From a phage, in NCBI GenBank assembly GCA_024613925.1, contig GCA_024613925.1_4713.1: 64,000 nucleotides of DNA. One strand, written 5' to 3'. The notes beneath the pieces are model-generated. The model had not been told where the DNA came from. It was given only the letters and a program-made list of their open reading frames with translations, and did no database searches. Shown here piece after piece: positions 1 to 9,655 of the stretch. Made by a program: the position numbers and the translations under genes. Positions within the stretch are counted from its first letter, which is position 1; each line of letters begins with the position of its first letter.

Positions 1-1750
1 CTTCCCACAGTTCTTCACTACCGCTTACTAAACTCGAGCCAAGACGGATGGCAATCTTGTTTAGCGGTTTGATTGGATCGCTGTTGATTGTCTGGATAAA
101 ATGGATGGTGTAACTACTCAATGTCTTAAGCAGCTGCAGCATTCCGTATTGAATATCCTTAAGACTGGTGACATCTTCCAAATCTTGACCGGTGGCCTTT
201 GTGAAGATATCGAGAGCCAGAATTCCCGCCTCTTCTTGACTGATTGCGTCAAGCTCCCAATCCATCGATAAGAACCATTCCTTGTAGAGCTGTCCAATAC
301 CGAAGTCGACACCAACATCCATGTAGAAGTTTTCAACGATTGCTTCAGCCATGCCTCGAGCTTGATAATGTTCCTGGAGCTGATACATGAACTGATGGCG
401 ACGCCAACCCTGGTAAATCTCGGTAACGGCGCTCAGAAACTCTTCAGTACTGACGACCGCACGCAGCGTCACTTGCTTATCCAAACACCACCAGATCAGT
501 TTATCGGGAATGATAGCAGGATCGGTAATGCTACGGAGATGGTCGAATGTCGGTAGCGTTAATACCCTGACGTGGTTAGCATGGATCTTAGGTACTTCAA
601 TCAGCGTCATACCCATCGAATAGTTCAGCAAATACAAGAACAGCTTGTATGCATCTTTCATCGACATCGTCATGGTATCACCCGTCACCGGGTTGGTTGT
701 TGTCAACCGTGACTGATACATGCCTATCGCGCTAAGATGAATCCATTCGTTCAGCAGGAAATCATACTTAGGATACAATTCACTGTCTGTAAGGTCTTCC
801 GCTTCACTTTCCAACACCTTGGTCGTTAAGGTATTGTTGTCGTGCATCGACATCTTCTCTATCGTGCGGTTAAGCTCGGTATAATACTCCGCTTCGTTAT
901 CCCGCGCTAGAGGGAACTGTTGTTGCATCACGGTAGTGACCTTACGTCTTACCGTGCCATTACCGACGATCTCTTGAAGGTTAAGCGGTTTACGCTCCAT
1001 GTAAACTGTGGGTTTTAACGTCTGAGGTATCTCGGAAGCGTCTTGTTTGATCGAGAACGCACCGATTGGAATCCCACGATCGGTTAATACCTTTTGAATG
1101 AGCTTATCGTAGTTTTCCGTTCTGCCCATGTTTCTTTCAATGTAAGCGATGTTACGATAGAACCAGAGCATTTGGGATTCGGTCATGTATCGCTTGAATC
1201 GATCAAGACCTTGATGGCTTGCCAGATAACTCCAGATATGGAAGCTATGGGCATAATGGGTATGACAGTTTTCCCAACGAATACCTTTTATCATCTCAGG
1301 TATTTGTGTGAATAGGATGGCGTATAGCGCAGGCCAATGAAGCATATCGACGCTCTCATATGCCGGATGTTCCCAGCGTCTGAAGTAATCGTCGATTTCT
1401 TGCTGTAAACGTGGAATAAGATTGGCCTCGCGCGACTCAACCTCTTGTGTATCGTACCAGAGAATCTCATGATTGCGTGCCGCAATTGCTTTCTCGATAT
1501 CGATGGGGTTAAGGATACCCAAGATCAACATACGTTGTTCCGGGTACCGCGCAATTAAACGATTGAAATAATCTCCACCATACGCGTATTCCCTTGCTGT
1601 CATGCGATGCCGTAACATGTTTTCCTTGGTGAACTCGATCTCTTCGAGCGTATCCAGGGAATTTACGGTCATCATTGTCTGACAAGGATGATACTCGCCA
1701 GCGAGATTCATGTAGTATAACCACGTGCGTGGGTCGTCCCCGACGGCCAT
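1..1750 (-). CDS. hypothetical protein, partial; C-terminus runs off the left window edge (at least 583 aa visible)
   Basis: Minus-strand frame checked codon by codon: open from ATG (rc of cat 1748-1750) to position 1. Missing from ORF track because the stop is outside the window. Frame is also open upstream of 1750, so the true start may be as far up as about 1870. No Walker A seen in the visible part. Confidence 0.55.
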   Translation of the reverse strand, partial: MAVGDDPRTWLYYMNLAGEYHPCQTMMTVNSLDTLEEIEFTKENMLRHRMTAREYAYGGDYFNRLIARYPEQRMLILGILNPIDIEKAIAARNHEILWYDTQEVESREANLIPRLQQEIDDYFRRWEHPAYESVDMLHWPALYAILFTQIPEMIKGIRWENCHTHYAHSFHIWSYLASHQGLDRFKRYMTESQMLWFYRNIAYIERNMGRTENYDKLIQKVLTDRGIPIGAFSIKQDASEIPQTLKPTVYMERKPLNLQEIVGNGTVRRKVTTVMQQQFPLARDNEAEYYTELNRTIEKMSMHDNNTLTTKVLESEAEDLTDSELYPKYDFLLNEWIHLSAIGMYQSRLTTTNPVTGDTMTMSMKDAYKLFLYLLNYSMGMTLIEVPKIHANHVRVLTLPTFDHLRSITDPAIIPDKLIWWCLDKQVTLRAVVSTEEFLSAVTEIYQGWRRHQFMYQLQEHYQARGMAEAIVENFYMDVGVDFGIGQLYKEWFLSMDWELDAISQEEAGILALDIFTKATGQDLEDVTSLKDIQYGMLQLLKTLSSYTIHFIQTINSDPIKPLNKIAIRLGSSLVSGSEELWE

Positions 1751-1897
1751 CTGGTAGACTTCGGAAACCTTGAGGTTTAACCGTTCTGCCGTGATGTCGC
1801 TTTTAATAATCAGGGTGTCCGTTAGACGCTGCACGCTTTCCGAATAAAGCTGATAGTCAGTGTTGGACACGATCGGTCCTCCAAGGAGCCAGTGTAA

Positions 1898-4807
1898 ATG
1901 AACGATATAAATAAAGGGCGCGTCGCCCTCGAACGTCAAATGAGTAATAATGACGTTGCGAAGGCACTCATGAACAAATTTGTCGCTCCTGCTCCGCAGT
2001 CACGTCTTTATAATACACGTGATGCGGAAGGAGCGAACGGTCGTTTCGGGTTAGTTGTTCCCGACCAAATGACGATGAACACGGTTACGCGTGCGACCGC
2101 GACAAACATCGAGGATAATAAAAACATCCTCGAGTTGTTCCCTGAACTTAAACGCGTGATGCAGATCTATGTTGCCGCGTTGACGAACCCTAACGATCTT
2201 AAGACGGTCGAGATGTTTATCGACAGCGAAGATTTCCCCGGCAGAGTCGCAGAAATCGTTCAGCCGATGATCGATACCATCGACACGCATTTTAAGAATA
2301 TCTATAAAATAAAGACGCTTATCCCTCGTATCATCGAAGACGTCTTCTTTATCAAGGGCAGTTATAACTTCGTTGTTCTGCCAGAAAGCACGCTCGACCG
2401 CGCCATTAATGGTAACGGTCAACTGAAACTTGAAGAATACGGATTTAAAGACAACCATTTTGCAAGTTGGGGGCTTCTAGGTAACGACAGTCGCAAACGC
2501 CACGAAAATCAATTACCTGCGACGGTTTCGATGGAAGATTATTTCTCAGGCGTTAATGAAACCATACCGTACGATCCTGTTGTTCGCATAGACAGCATTA
2601 AGTTTACCAATACCCTGCTTCGTGATAAGGACGGTAAATTCATTGAAGCGAAGATCGATATTCCGGATATGGTTACGGTTGTCGATAACCCAGACATCCT
2701 CCGCATGCCTATTCTACATCAACGTCGAGCAGCGACCGCGGTACAACGTGCGTTACGTGCGAACACGTTAGGTGGTAGTGGTTTGGTAACACTGTCAGGT
2801 GACCCAACCCTAACCGCTAACCGACGTGAGCTGACGCAAGAACAGGTTAACGAGATCTGGAATAAACTCAACATCCAGCGCCACACCAAGGTATCGCCCG
2901 TTTACGCGCTGGCAACCCCAGATACACTCGATCGTCAAAGCGTCGGTCATCCTGGTGTGATGCATGTACCACCTGAGGCATTAGAACCCGTACATGCGCC
3001 CGGTGATCCTGAGAACCATATCGGGTATTTGGTTCAGTTGGATGAGTTTGGTTATCCAGTACGTTTGGTTGAAGATGCAGCGTATTACAAGCAGTTGGAA
3101 GGTCGGTTGTCGAAGATCACCGCGGATATCGCAGGGACTTCAAGCAACGGCATGGCGAGCGAGATGATTGGTGCAGCCAAGAACATGATCCAAGGTACGT
3201 CATGTAATCAGGTAGACATGTCGGCCTTCGTATCGTCGTACGAATCGCTGATGCAACGTTACATCGTTGAACGTATTGTCAACGGTTATCTTGGCAGTGC
3301 GGTGGAAATCGGCGCGACATCATCGTTTTATCTGTCGATGCTTGCCCGTAGCCTCGCTCACAAGCAGACCCGTGTTTTGTTTATTCCTCGAGAGATGGTG
3401 ACTTACATCGCCTATGAATACAACAAATACGGTATCGGTCGTTCGCTGCTTGAAAGTACGAAGATGATCTCGTCGCAACGAGCCATGCTCATGGTTCAAG
3501 AACTGATGGCGAAAATCAAAAGTTCGTTGAACTATACGACGTTAAGCGTAATGCTTGAAGACACCGACAGAAACCCGGTCGATACCGTCGAACAAGCGCT
3601 GCATAGTTTCGCTCGCGTCTACCAGTCTGGTTTCCCGTTGGGTGAAACTAACCCAATGGATATCATCAACGCGTACGAACGAAGCTCGATTCGATTGAAG
3701 GTTGAGGGGAATAACCCACGCTTCCCGAAATTGAATACAGATGTCAGCGTTGAGCAGCGTAACTATCAGTCTCCTGATAATGAATTGATGGATCGTTATC
3801 GTCGTGACCATTTCATGGGCTTGGGTGTGTCTCCGGAGATTATCGATACTTCCTACCAATCTGAATTCGCAGCTTCTGTGATTACAGCTAACGCGATGCA
3901 AGAGAAACAGTTCACGGTTTGTCGTGAGGTGATCACGAATGGGTTATCGGACCACATCAAGAAATATACGGCATACAGTCCCGTGTTGTTGACGTCGTTA
4001 CGAAACACGGTTCGTGCGAACATGTCTAAGCTCTCCCAGGCACAATTGAAGCAGCTTTTTGGTAGCGATTTCGAAAACGGTGTTATCCGTAACGTTAACG
4101 CCTATCAGGAGATTGACGACCAATCAGCAACAATGGATCTGGATTACACTAAACCAGAAGTCCAGGAAGTTATTGCCGATGCTTATGTGTCCATGTTCTT
4201 AAACAGCCTGCGTGTGCGTTTACCGGATAGCAATGCTCGTCGCCTTGAAGATCAGGTACGTGAATATAATCAGTACAAGGAAGCGATTACTGCGCAACTT
4301 GATGATTATTTAACGCCTGATTACGTCATGGGTCTGGGTGGGGTTGATGAAACAACGCTGCAGATGATCCGCGCATGCATTATTGGTACCGCGATGCGTA
4401 CGTGGGCAAAAGAGAACAACTTCAATCAGGAGCTGGCTGATCTCTTCAGTCTTGACGATAAGAAGAATGCCGTGCAAGATTGGAAACGTATGTCCATGGA
4501 ACATATTGAAGTCATGGGTAAATGCATGGGTGATTTTGCATTGTATATTCAGAATCTGACGAAGAAGATTGAAGAGAAGATGGGAGCTCAAGCACAGGAC
4601 GGCAGCGTTTCATCTGACGGTTCGTGGTCATCCGATTCAAGTAGCGATACCGGTTCTTCTGATGACTTCGGTGGCGGTGACGATTTCGGAGATACCGATT
4701 TCGATACCGAAACGATGGAGGAAACCTCAACAGAAGAAACAACCACATCTGAGGAAACGACTACCAACACAACGTCAGAAGACGACACTTCAGGTGACAT
4801 TGTCTAA
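1898..4807 (+). CDS. large hypothetical protein (969 aa) with a C-terminal acidic S/T/D/E/G-rich low-complexity tail; possibly virion-associated (portal-like size and position, unproven)
   Basis: Long ORF with AAGGAG about 10 nt upstream of ATG 1898; last ~70 aa are almost only S, T, D, E, G; followed by hairpin 4838-4872. Confidence 0.5.
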   Translation: MNDINKGRVALERQMSNNDVAKALMNKFVAPAPQSRLYNTRDAEGANGRFGLVVPDQMTMNTVTRATATNIEDNKNILELFPELKRVMQIYVAALTNPNDLKTVEMFIDSEDFPGRVAEIVQPMIDTIDTHFKNIYKIKTLIPRIIEDVFFIKGSYNFVVLPESTLDRAINGNGQLKLEEYGFKDNHFASWGLLGNDSRKRHENQLPATVSMEDYFSGVNETIPYDPVVRIDSIKFTNTLLRDKDGKFIEAKIDIPDMVTVVDNPDILRMPILHQRRAATAVQRALRANTLGGSGLVTLSGDPTLTANRRELTQEQVNEIWNKLNIQRHTKVSPVYALATPDTLDRQSVGHPGVMHVPPEALEPVHAPGDPENHIGYLVQLDEFGYPVRLVEDAAYYKQLEGRLSKITADIAGTSSNGMASEMIGAAKNMIQGTSCNQVDMSAFVSSYESLMQRYIVERIVNGYLGSAVEIGATSSFYLSMLARSLAHKQTRVLFIPREMVTYIAYEYNKYGIGRSLLESTKMISSQRAMLMVQELMAKIKSSLNYTTLSVMLEDTDRNPVDTVEQALHSFARVYQSGFPLGETNPMDIINAYERSSIRLKVEGNNPRFPKLNTDVSVEQRNYQSPDNELMDRYRRDHFMGLGVSPEIIDTSYQSEFAASVITANAMQEKQFTVCREVITNGLSDHIKKYTAYSPVLLTSLRNTVRANMSKLSQAQLKQLFGSDFENGVIRNVNAYQEIDDQSATMDLDYTKPEVQEVIADAYVSMFLNSLRVRLPDSNARRLEDQVREYNQYKEAITAQLDDYLTPDYVMGLGGVDETTLQMIRACIIGTAMRTWAKENNFNQELADLFSLDDKKNAVQDWKRMSMEHIEVMGKCMGDFALYIQNLTKKIEEKMGAQAQDGSVSSDGSWSSDSSSDTGSSDDFGGGDDFGDTDFDTETMEETSTEETTTSEETTTNTTSEDDTSGDIV

Positions 4808-4837
4808 ACGGATGTAAAAAAAATAACACATAGTTAA

Positions 4838-4872
4838 CCTTCTCCCCAACCCGATGAGGGAAGGGGAGAAGG
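4838..4872. terminator. GC-rich stem-loop of the conserved family, between convergent genes; candidate bidirectional terminator
   Basis: CCTTCTCCCC-AA-CCC-GATGA-GGG-AA-GGGGAGAAGG; A8 tract upstream, GGCTATGCG downstream. Confidence 0.5.
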
Positions 4873-4889
4873 GCTATGCGCTATTTAAT

Positions 4890-5165
4890 TTATTTCGAGG
4901 TTAACCACGATTCAATTGTGGTGAGTTTGCTTCTCAGTACGCGCCAACTAGGGTGTGGTGGGATCACAGCGCCTTTGTCGATTACGGTTAGCTGAACCTG
5001 GTACTTCTGTTGCATACGTGCTACCGTGTCGCTTATCGAGAGGAAAAGCTGGTAACGTTCATATGCCGTCAGTTCACTGTCCTGTTGAACTGCGTTGGCC
5101 GCTAACGTAATTTCGCGTAAGTCCTTTGCATCCACAGAGACGGTAATGAGTTTATATTGACTCAT
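4890..5165 (-). CDS. hypothetical small protein (91 aa)
   Basis: ORF with AAGGA 6 nt upstream of ATG (rc of cat 5163-5165). Confidence 0.5.
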   Translation of the reverse strand: MSQYKLITVSVDAKDLREITLAANAVQQDSELTAYERYQLFLSISDTVARMQQKYQVQLTVIDKGAVIPPHPSWRVLRSKLTTIESWLTSK

Positions 5166-5226
5166 ACGGTTTCCTTATCAACTAGGGTATTGCAGATACA
5201 ATACCCGTCGTCGGACGATAAGTTAA

Positions 5227-7785
5227 TTACTGCTCTTCACGTTCCAGCAGATACTCGGAAGCGGTAATACCGTTTACCGTACGTACTGCTTTCAGACGAG
5301 TATCATCACTCAGAATCACGGTAACAGATTGCAGACCTTTTACTTTGGTTTCGAAGGTCTTGAACACCTGATCCAGCATACGAGCAATGCTTGGGTTGGT
5401 TGCAGCCGATGCGTGAGTGTAACCGCTCTGGTTCAGCTTCAGAATCTTGGCGTTGGTCGGTACGCGAACAACAACATGCGGACGCATCGCGAACACGCTG
5501 TGATTAAACCAGTAAGCATCGTTGCTATCTTCGTCGGTAACGATGTCCGGATTAACACGCATATCCTCGATAGCCGCATCCGCCAAACGACGTTCGATTT
5601 CGTCAGCATCCAGAGAGCCATCTTTCTCCAGTTCTGCACGATACTCGCTCATGGCAACCAGATGACGTTCACGATTCGCTGCGGATTTTTCGTGAGCTGC
5701 TTTCAGGTAGTCATGCATGTTGTACAGTTCAGCCATGGAAAGACGAATGTTCCACTGACCTTCGCCATCACGATTGCAGTAGAGACACTTCAGCATGTTG
5801 ACCCAGGTGTAGTAGCAATTGGAGAACTCATCTTCAATGAACTTCTGGTCCATTTTAAGATCGTGAATCAGCCAACCGGACAGTTCTCCGATATCATCAA
5901 CGAAGCTAGAGATGGTGGTTTCAGAGAAGTTCTTCGGTACGATACGTTTGATCAGCTTATTGACGTCTTTGGTCATGCTATCGTTCAGGAAATGCCAGAT
6001 ACGCAGAGGAATGACATCTCGATACTGTTGCATGATCTGACGATAAGCTTTGATATCGTCGCTACGACCTTTATCAATAGACAACGCATCCAGGAATTCA
6101 TGGATTGCATCCAGCTCTTTGTCGGTATAGGTTCCCAGATAGGAATTGACGGTGGCCAGGAATGCTAATGCGTCGTTTTGGTTAACGTCGGTGTTGGTCT
6201 GCTGAATGATCGCCACTGCGGCTTTAGTTTCAGCATCCTCAACGCTTGACGCTGCGATTGCATCGGTGACGGTAAACAGTTTCATTTCGCGCTGCTCACC
6301 GACAACGATTGGCTCACGCTGAACCGGCTTGTTAAGACTAACACGAACAACTTCTGCTTGCGCGATGCGATCCAGTTTTGCCATTTCCTGCTCTGCCATA
6401 CGACGAGCGGTTGGATCTGATTCAAGTTCGATGTATTCCACTTCTTCCTCCGTGAGGGATGTAATGTCAACAATGGTTTCATGAAGAATTCCGTTTTCGT
6501 CGATACGTGCCCGACGAGCGAAGTGCCTGAAGTCATACAACGTTGGCCAGCGACTATTAGGTGCGTAGTCTTTGGCTTTCAGACGCATCTGCATAAATTC
6601 TTCATGTTGAACAACACGACCGTAACGCTTAGCATCTTCGGTCGCATCAATTGGATTAACGGTCTTTGTTACCGTAGCGGAACGAGCCGTACGAATGGGT
6701 TCCGGTTTCACCTGCGCAGGTTCAGGTTGAACGGGTTTCTGCTGCCCAGCCTTAACATGCCATTCGGGCTCTTCGTACTGCTCAGCAAATTGCTCAGCCG
6801 CTGCAAAGATATCGTTGATACCACCAATATCTCCTTCAGGATTTGTCGAGTAAATCCGTGGTTGTGGTGCCTCGTAACGCGGCGCTGTAGCAGCAGGTGC
6901 ATCATCAACGATAGGATCGTCATCACCAACATCATACAAACGGTTGAACGCACAATCCTTCGAATCGATGTACGATGGCGCTTGTGGTTGAACAACCGTC
7001 GGCCGAGGTTGTGCGCCGTATCCTGGCGTTGTTGGAGCCATACCACGCATAACTGCCGGATTAGGCCGGTATTGCGGTTGTGGATAGGTTCCACCATACA
7101 TGGCATATGCAGGCTGTTGTGGTTGACCGTACCCGTTGCTAACCATTGCGCTTGCTTGCGGCCCACGATAAGTCATCCCCATCTGCATCACCTGCTGCTT
7201 CAAACCACGTGACTTCTGAGCGATTTGCGCTAGGCTTCCGCTTTTATTCAGCTGCGTGTACTTATTCGCGGCTTCCGGGTTAATGCGTGATAATTCAATC
7301 GCGCGATAATATTCCGGGTACTGATTAGGTTCAAAGAGCCACGTTACAAGATGATACAGCGCAACTGTGCTCACAGCAGCAGAGACGATCTGGTCGTCGG
7401 ACGCGTTCTGCGGCATCGGGTTGATGTAAGAGAACACGTTCCAACAACAGTCTTCAACAAGCGATTCCATCATCATGTCGTTATTGGTATAACGTGCGAC
7501 GAACTCGGTTTGTATTTTGTCTTGCTGAGCGAAGTCTTTCAGGACATTAAAGATAGCTTGACGGATTTTAACGATCGTCGCTTCTTGGGTGATGAAGTTA
7601 TAGTTCTGCTGATATGAGGGTTGTTGGTATTGTGGTGGTTGATAGGCGTTATTCGGGTATGCGCCGTACGGTGATTGCTGATACTGTTGCTGACGAACCT
7701 GTTCAGCCGCATAATTAACCGTGCTCGTATAAGGGTTTTCGCTATAGCCCATTTGTTGATACATGTTGTTACTACCGTTATACAT
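5227..7785 (-). CDS. hypothetical protein (852 aa) with Q/Y/P/N-rich low-complexity N-terminus and a second Q/P/Y/G-rich segment
   Basis: ATG with AAAGGA RBS; residues 1-65 and about 197-272 are dominated by Q, Y, P, N, G; the rest looks globular. Confidence 0.6.
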   Translation of the reverse strand: MYNGSNNMYQQMGYSENPYTSTVNYAAEQVRQQQYQQSPYGAYPNNAYQPPQYQQPSYQQNYNFITQEATIVKIRQAIFNVLKDFAQQDKIQTEFVARYTNNDMMMESLVEDCCWNVFSYINPMPQNASDDQIVSAAVSTVALYHLVTWLFEPNQYPEYYRAIELSRINPEAANKYTQLNKSGSLAQIAQKSRGLKQQVMQMGMTYRGPQASAMVSNGYGQPQQPAYAMYGGTYPQPQYRPNPAVMRGMAPTTPGYGAQPRPTVVQPQAPSYIDSKDCAFNRLYDVGDDDPIVDDAPAATAPRYEAPQPRIYSTNPEGDIGGINDIFAAAEQFAEQYEEPEWHVKAGQQKPVQPEPAQVKPEPIRTARSATVTKTVNPIDATEDAKRYGRVVQHEEFMQMRLKAKDYAPNSRWPTLYDFRHFARRARIDENGILHETIVDITSLTEEEVEYIELESDPTARRMAEQEMAKLDRIAQAEVVRVSLNKPVQREPIVVGEQREMKLFTVTDAIAASSVEDAETKAAVAIIQQTNTDVNQNDALAFLATVNSYLGTYTDKELDAIHEFLDALSIDKGRSDDIKAYRQIMQQYRDVIPLRIWHFLNDSMTKDVNKLIKRIVPKNFSETTISSFVDDIGELSGWLIHDLKMDQKFIEDEFSNCYYTWVNMLKCLYCNRDGEGQWNIRLSMAELYNMHDYLKAAHEKSAANRERHLVAMSEYRAELEKDGSLDADEIERRLADAAIEDMRVNPDIVTDEDSNDAYWFNHSVFAMRPHVVVRVPTNAKILKLNQSGYTHASAATNPSIARMLDQVFKTFETKVKGLQSVTVILSDDTRLKAVRTVNGITASEYLLEREEQ

Positions 7786-7819
7786 TTCTTACGATCCTTT
7801 TTATTTATTCGGTTAGGTG

Positions 7820-9616
7820 TCAATCGATTATGTCGTGATCGTTAATTTCTACAATTTCTTCATCGAATCGACCGACGTCTTTCTTCAAGCCTGCATTGGT
7901 TGCTGCAACGTCATTTGCAATTTGTGGGGTAATGATTAACCGACCGCGTTCGTCGATAGGTGCGTACATACTGAACTTCTGACGTCCGGTTGGTTCGGAG
8001 TGTGGAAGATTCAGATAGCTTGCACAGAACGGGATGGAACCACTAACCAAACGACTCTCGTCAGCCAATGCAGCACCGCCTGCGTTTTGGCTCTGGAGAA
8101 CAACATGCGTGCTCACTTTGAACAGCATGCAATCACCAGGTGACTGAATCGATGTTGCCACTTTTTCACGTTTGTCACGATTGCTCTGGATATTGAGAAT
8201 CGCTTCCGTTGCAACTTGATTTCGCAACGCCTTCTGTACATCGCGATTGGTCATCTCTTTACGGTTGTTCTGTCGTTTACCACGTTCCGTGGTTTTAAGA
8301 TGGAACCCCAGTTTAAAGATGCTCTTACGCACATCCTCCATGACATATTCCAACACCATCAATTCCTTACCGAACATCGTCGTGGTATCAACACGACTCA
8401 TTTCGATAGTGACATTATCAATCAGATACGCCATAAATTCGTAGAAGTCGTCGCAAGGAATATTTTCCTGTTTGAACTTCTTCTGTTGAATCTCGTCAAC
8501 GTAAAGATCGAGACTGTCGATGTGGTGGTTTACATCACGCAACAAACGCGCATCCGCATTGTTGTTATTAAAGATAATCAAACCGAGTAATGTACGCCAA
8601 TGGTCTGGCGCATTCGCGAACTCTTCAACCGGATAGTCTTCCGGAAAACGATCGTAATAACGGTCGATGAGATACAAGAATGCACCGACAAGGCCAAGAA
8701 CAATACGTTCCGTGCCTCCACGTCTTACAGCAATTTGAATATCAGGATGTTTGTAACGTACAGCGCTAGCGCTACGACTTTTACCGCTTTTGCTGATACT
8801 AAAGCCTTTAGGAATAACCCCCATGGTGCGATAGATTACCCATTGGTCACGCGGAAAATCACGTTCAGCAAGGTTCCGTCCGGTTACGGCTTCGACACCT
8901 GCAAAACGTCGGAAACACTCACCCACCCCGTACTTCGCAAAGAGATAGTGACCCAGTGTGGTTACGCTGGTGTGGTTGATGTTGTCGCCGTTCACTTTAC
9001 TTTGTTTGGTAAGATGATAGATTTGCGACCAGGGTAATGACAGGTAATGACGATAATCGATACCGGTCGGTGTATCATTGCTCAGGAACTGATACGGTGT
9101 ACGTTTAACCGTGATTTTGTCACGCGGAAGCATGATGAACGCCATGTCTTTCGTGTAACTGATTACAGGGTCAGCGAGCACCGCACTGAGAATGAAGTTC
9201 GCACCACGTAGACGCATTTTACCACCCTGACCTACTGCGGGCAATAGGAGAGGGTGTCGGATAATACAGTAGTCCTTTCCTGGTTCACGACGGTCACCTG
9301 ATTCCATCGCGCCGTACCAGCGGAATTCTAGCATCACCATAAACACATCGGAAGGCGCAAGGTCGAAGGTCAGCTTACCGCTATCCTTCCCTTTGGTTTT
9401 CTTTCCTCCGCTTAAGTAGTGGAACTGTTCGCGGGCCATACAGCGACGCAGGCCATGATACACCAGATCCTTAGGTAAACTATCTTTGCTGTTCCGCCAA
9501 AGACGATCAACATAGGACTCAACATCTTGCATCTTATCGACGACGATGTTGCGTGCTATCTTCTCGTTCATCTTCGGTGCAAGCTCAGCGACAGCTTTGC
9601 AGAATCTAGGATCCAT
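7820..9616 (-). CDS. hypothetical protein (598 aa)
   Basis: ORF-track start 9619 is GTG; the adjacent ATG at 9616 has AAGGAG 6 nt upstream. Confidence 0.6.
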   Translation of the reverse strand: MDPRFCKAVAELAPKMNEKIARNIVVDKMQDVESYVDRLWRNSKDSLPKDLVYHGLRRCMAREQFHYLSGGKKTKGKDSGKLTFDLAPSDVFMVMLEFRWYGAMESGDRREPGKDYCIIRHPLLLPAVGQGGKMRLRGANFILSAVLADPVISYTKDMAFIMLPRDKITVKRTPYQFLSNDTPTGIDYRHYLSLPWSQIYHLTKQSKVNGDNINHTSVTTLGHYLFAKYGVGECFRRFAGVEAVTGRNLAERDFPRDQWVIYRTMGVIPKGFSISKSGKSRSASAVRYKHPDIQIAVRRGGTERIVLGLVGAFLYLIDRYYDRFPEDYPVEEFANAPDHWRTLLGLIIFNNNNADARLLRDVNHHIDSLDLYVDEIQQKKFKQENIPCDDFYEFMAYLIDNVTIEMSRVDTTTMFGKELMVLEYVMEDVRKSIFKLGFHLKTTERGKRQNNRKEMTNRDVQKALRNQVATEAILNIQSNRDKREKVATSIQSPGDCMLFKVSTHVVLQSQNAGGAALADESRLVSGSIPFCASYLNLPHSEPTGRQKFSMYAPIDERGRLIITPQIANDVAATNAGLKKDVGRFDEEIVEINDHDIID

Positions 9617-9655
9617 CACACACTCCTTTCAGAAAGTTGCTTAAGCAGATTAAAG

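Noticed and set aside
1-1750. Left-edge gene as large terminase, because it is divergent from a portal-sized gene
   Set aside because: No Walker A (GxxxxGKT/S) or recognisable nuclease motif in the 583 visible residues; left as hypothetical.
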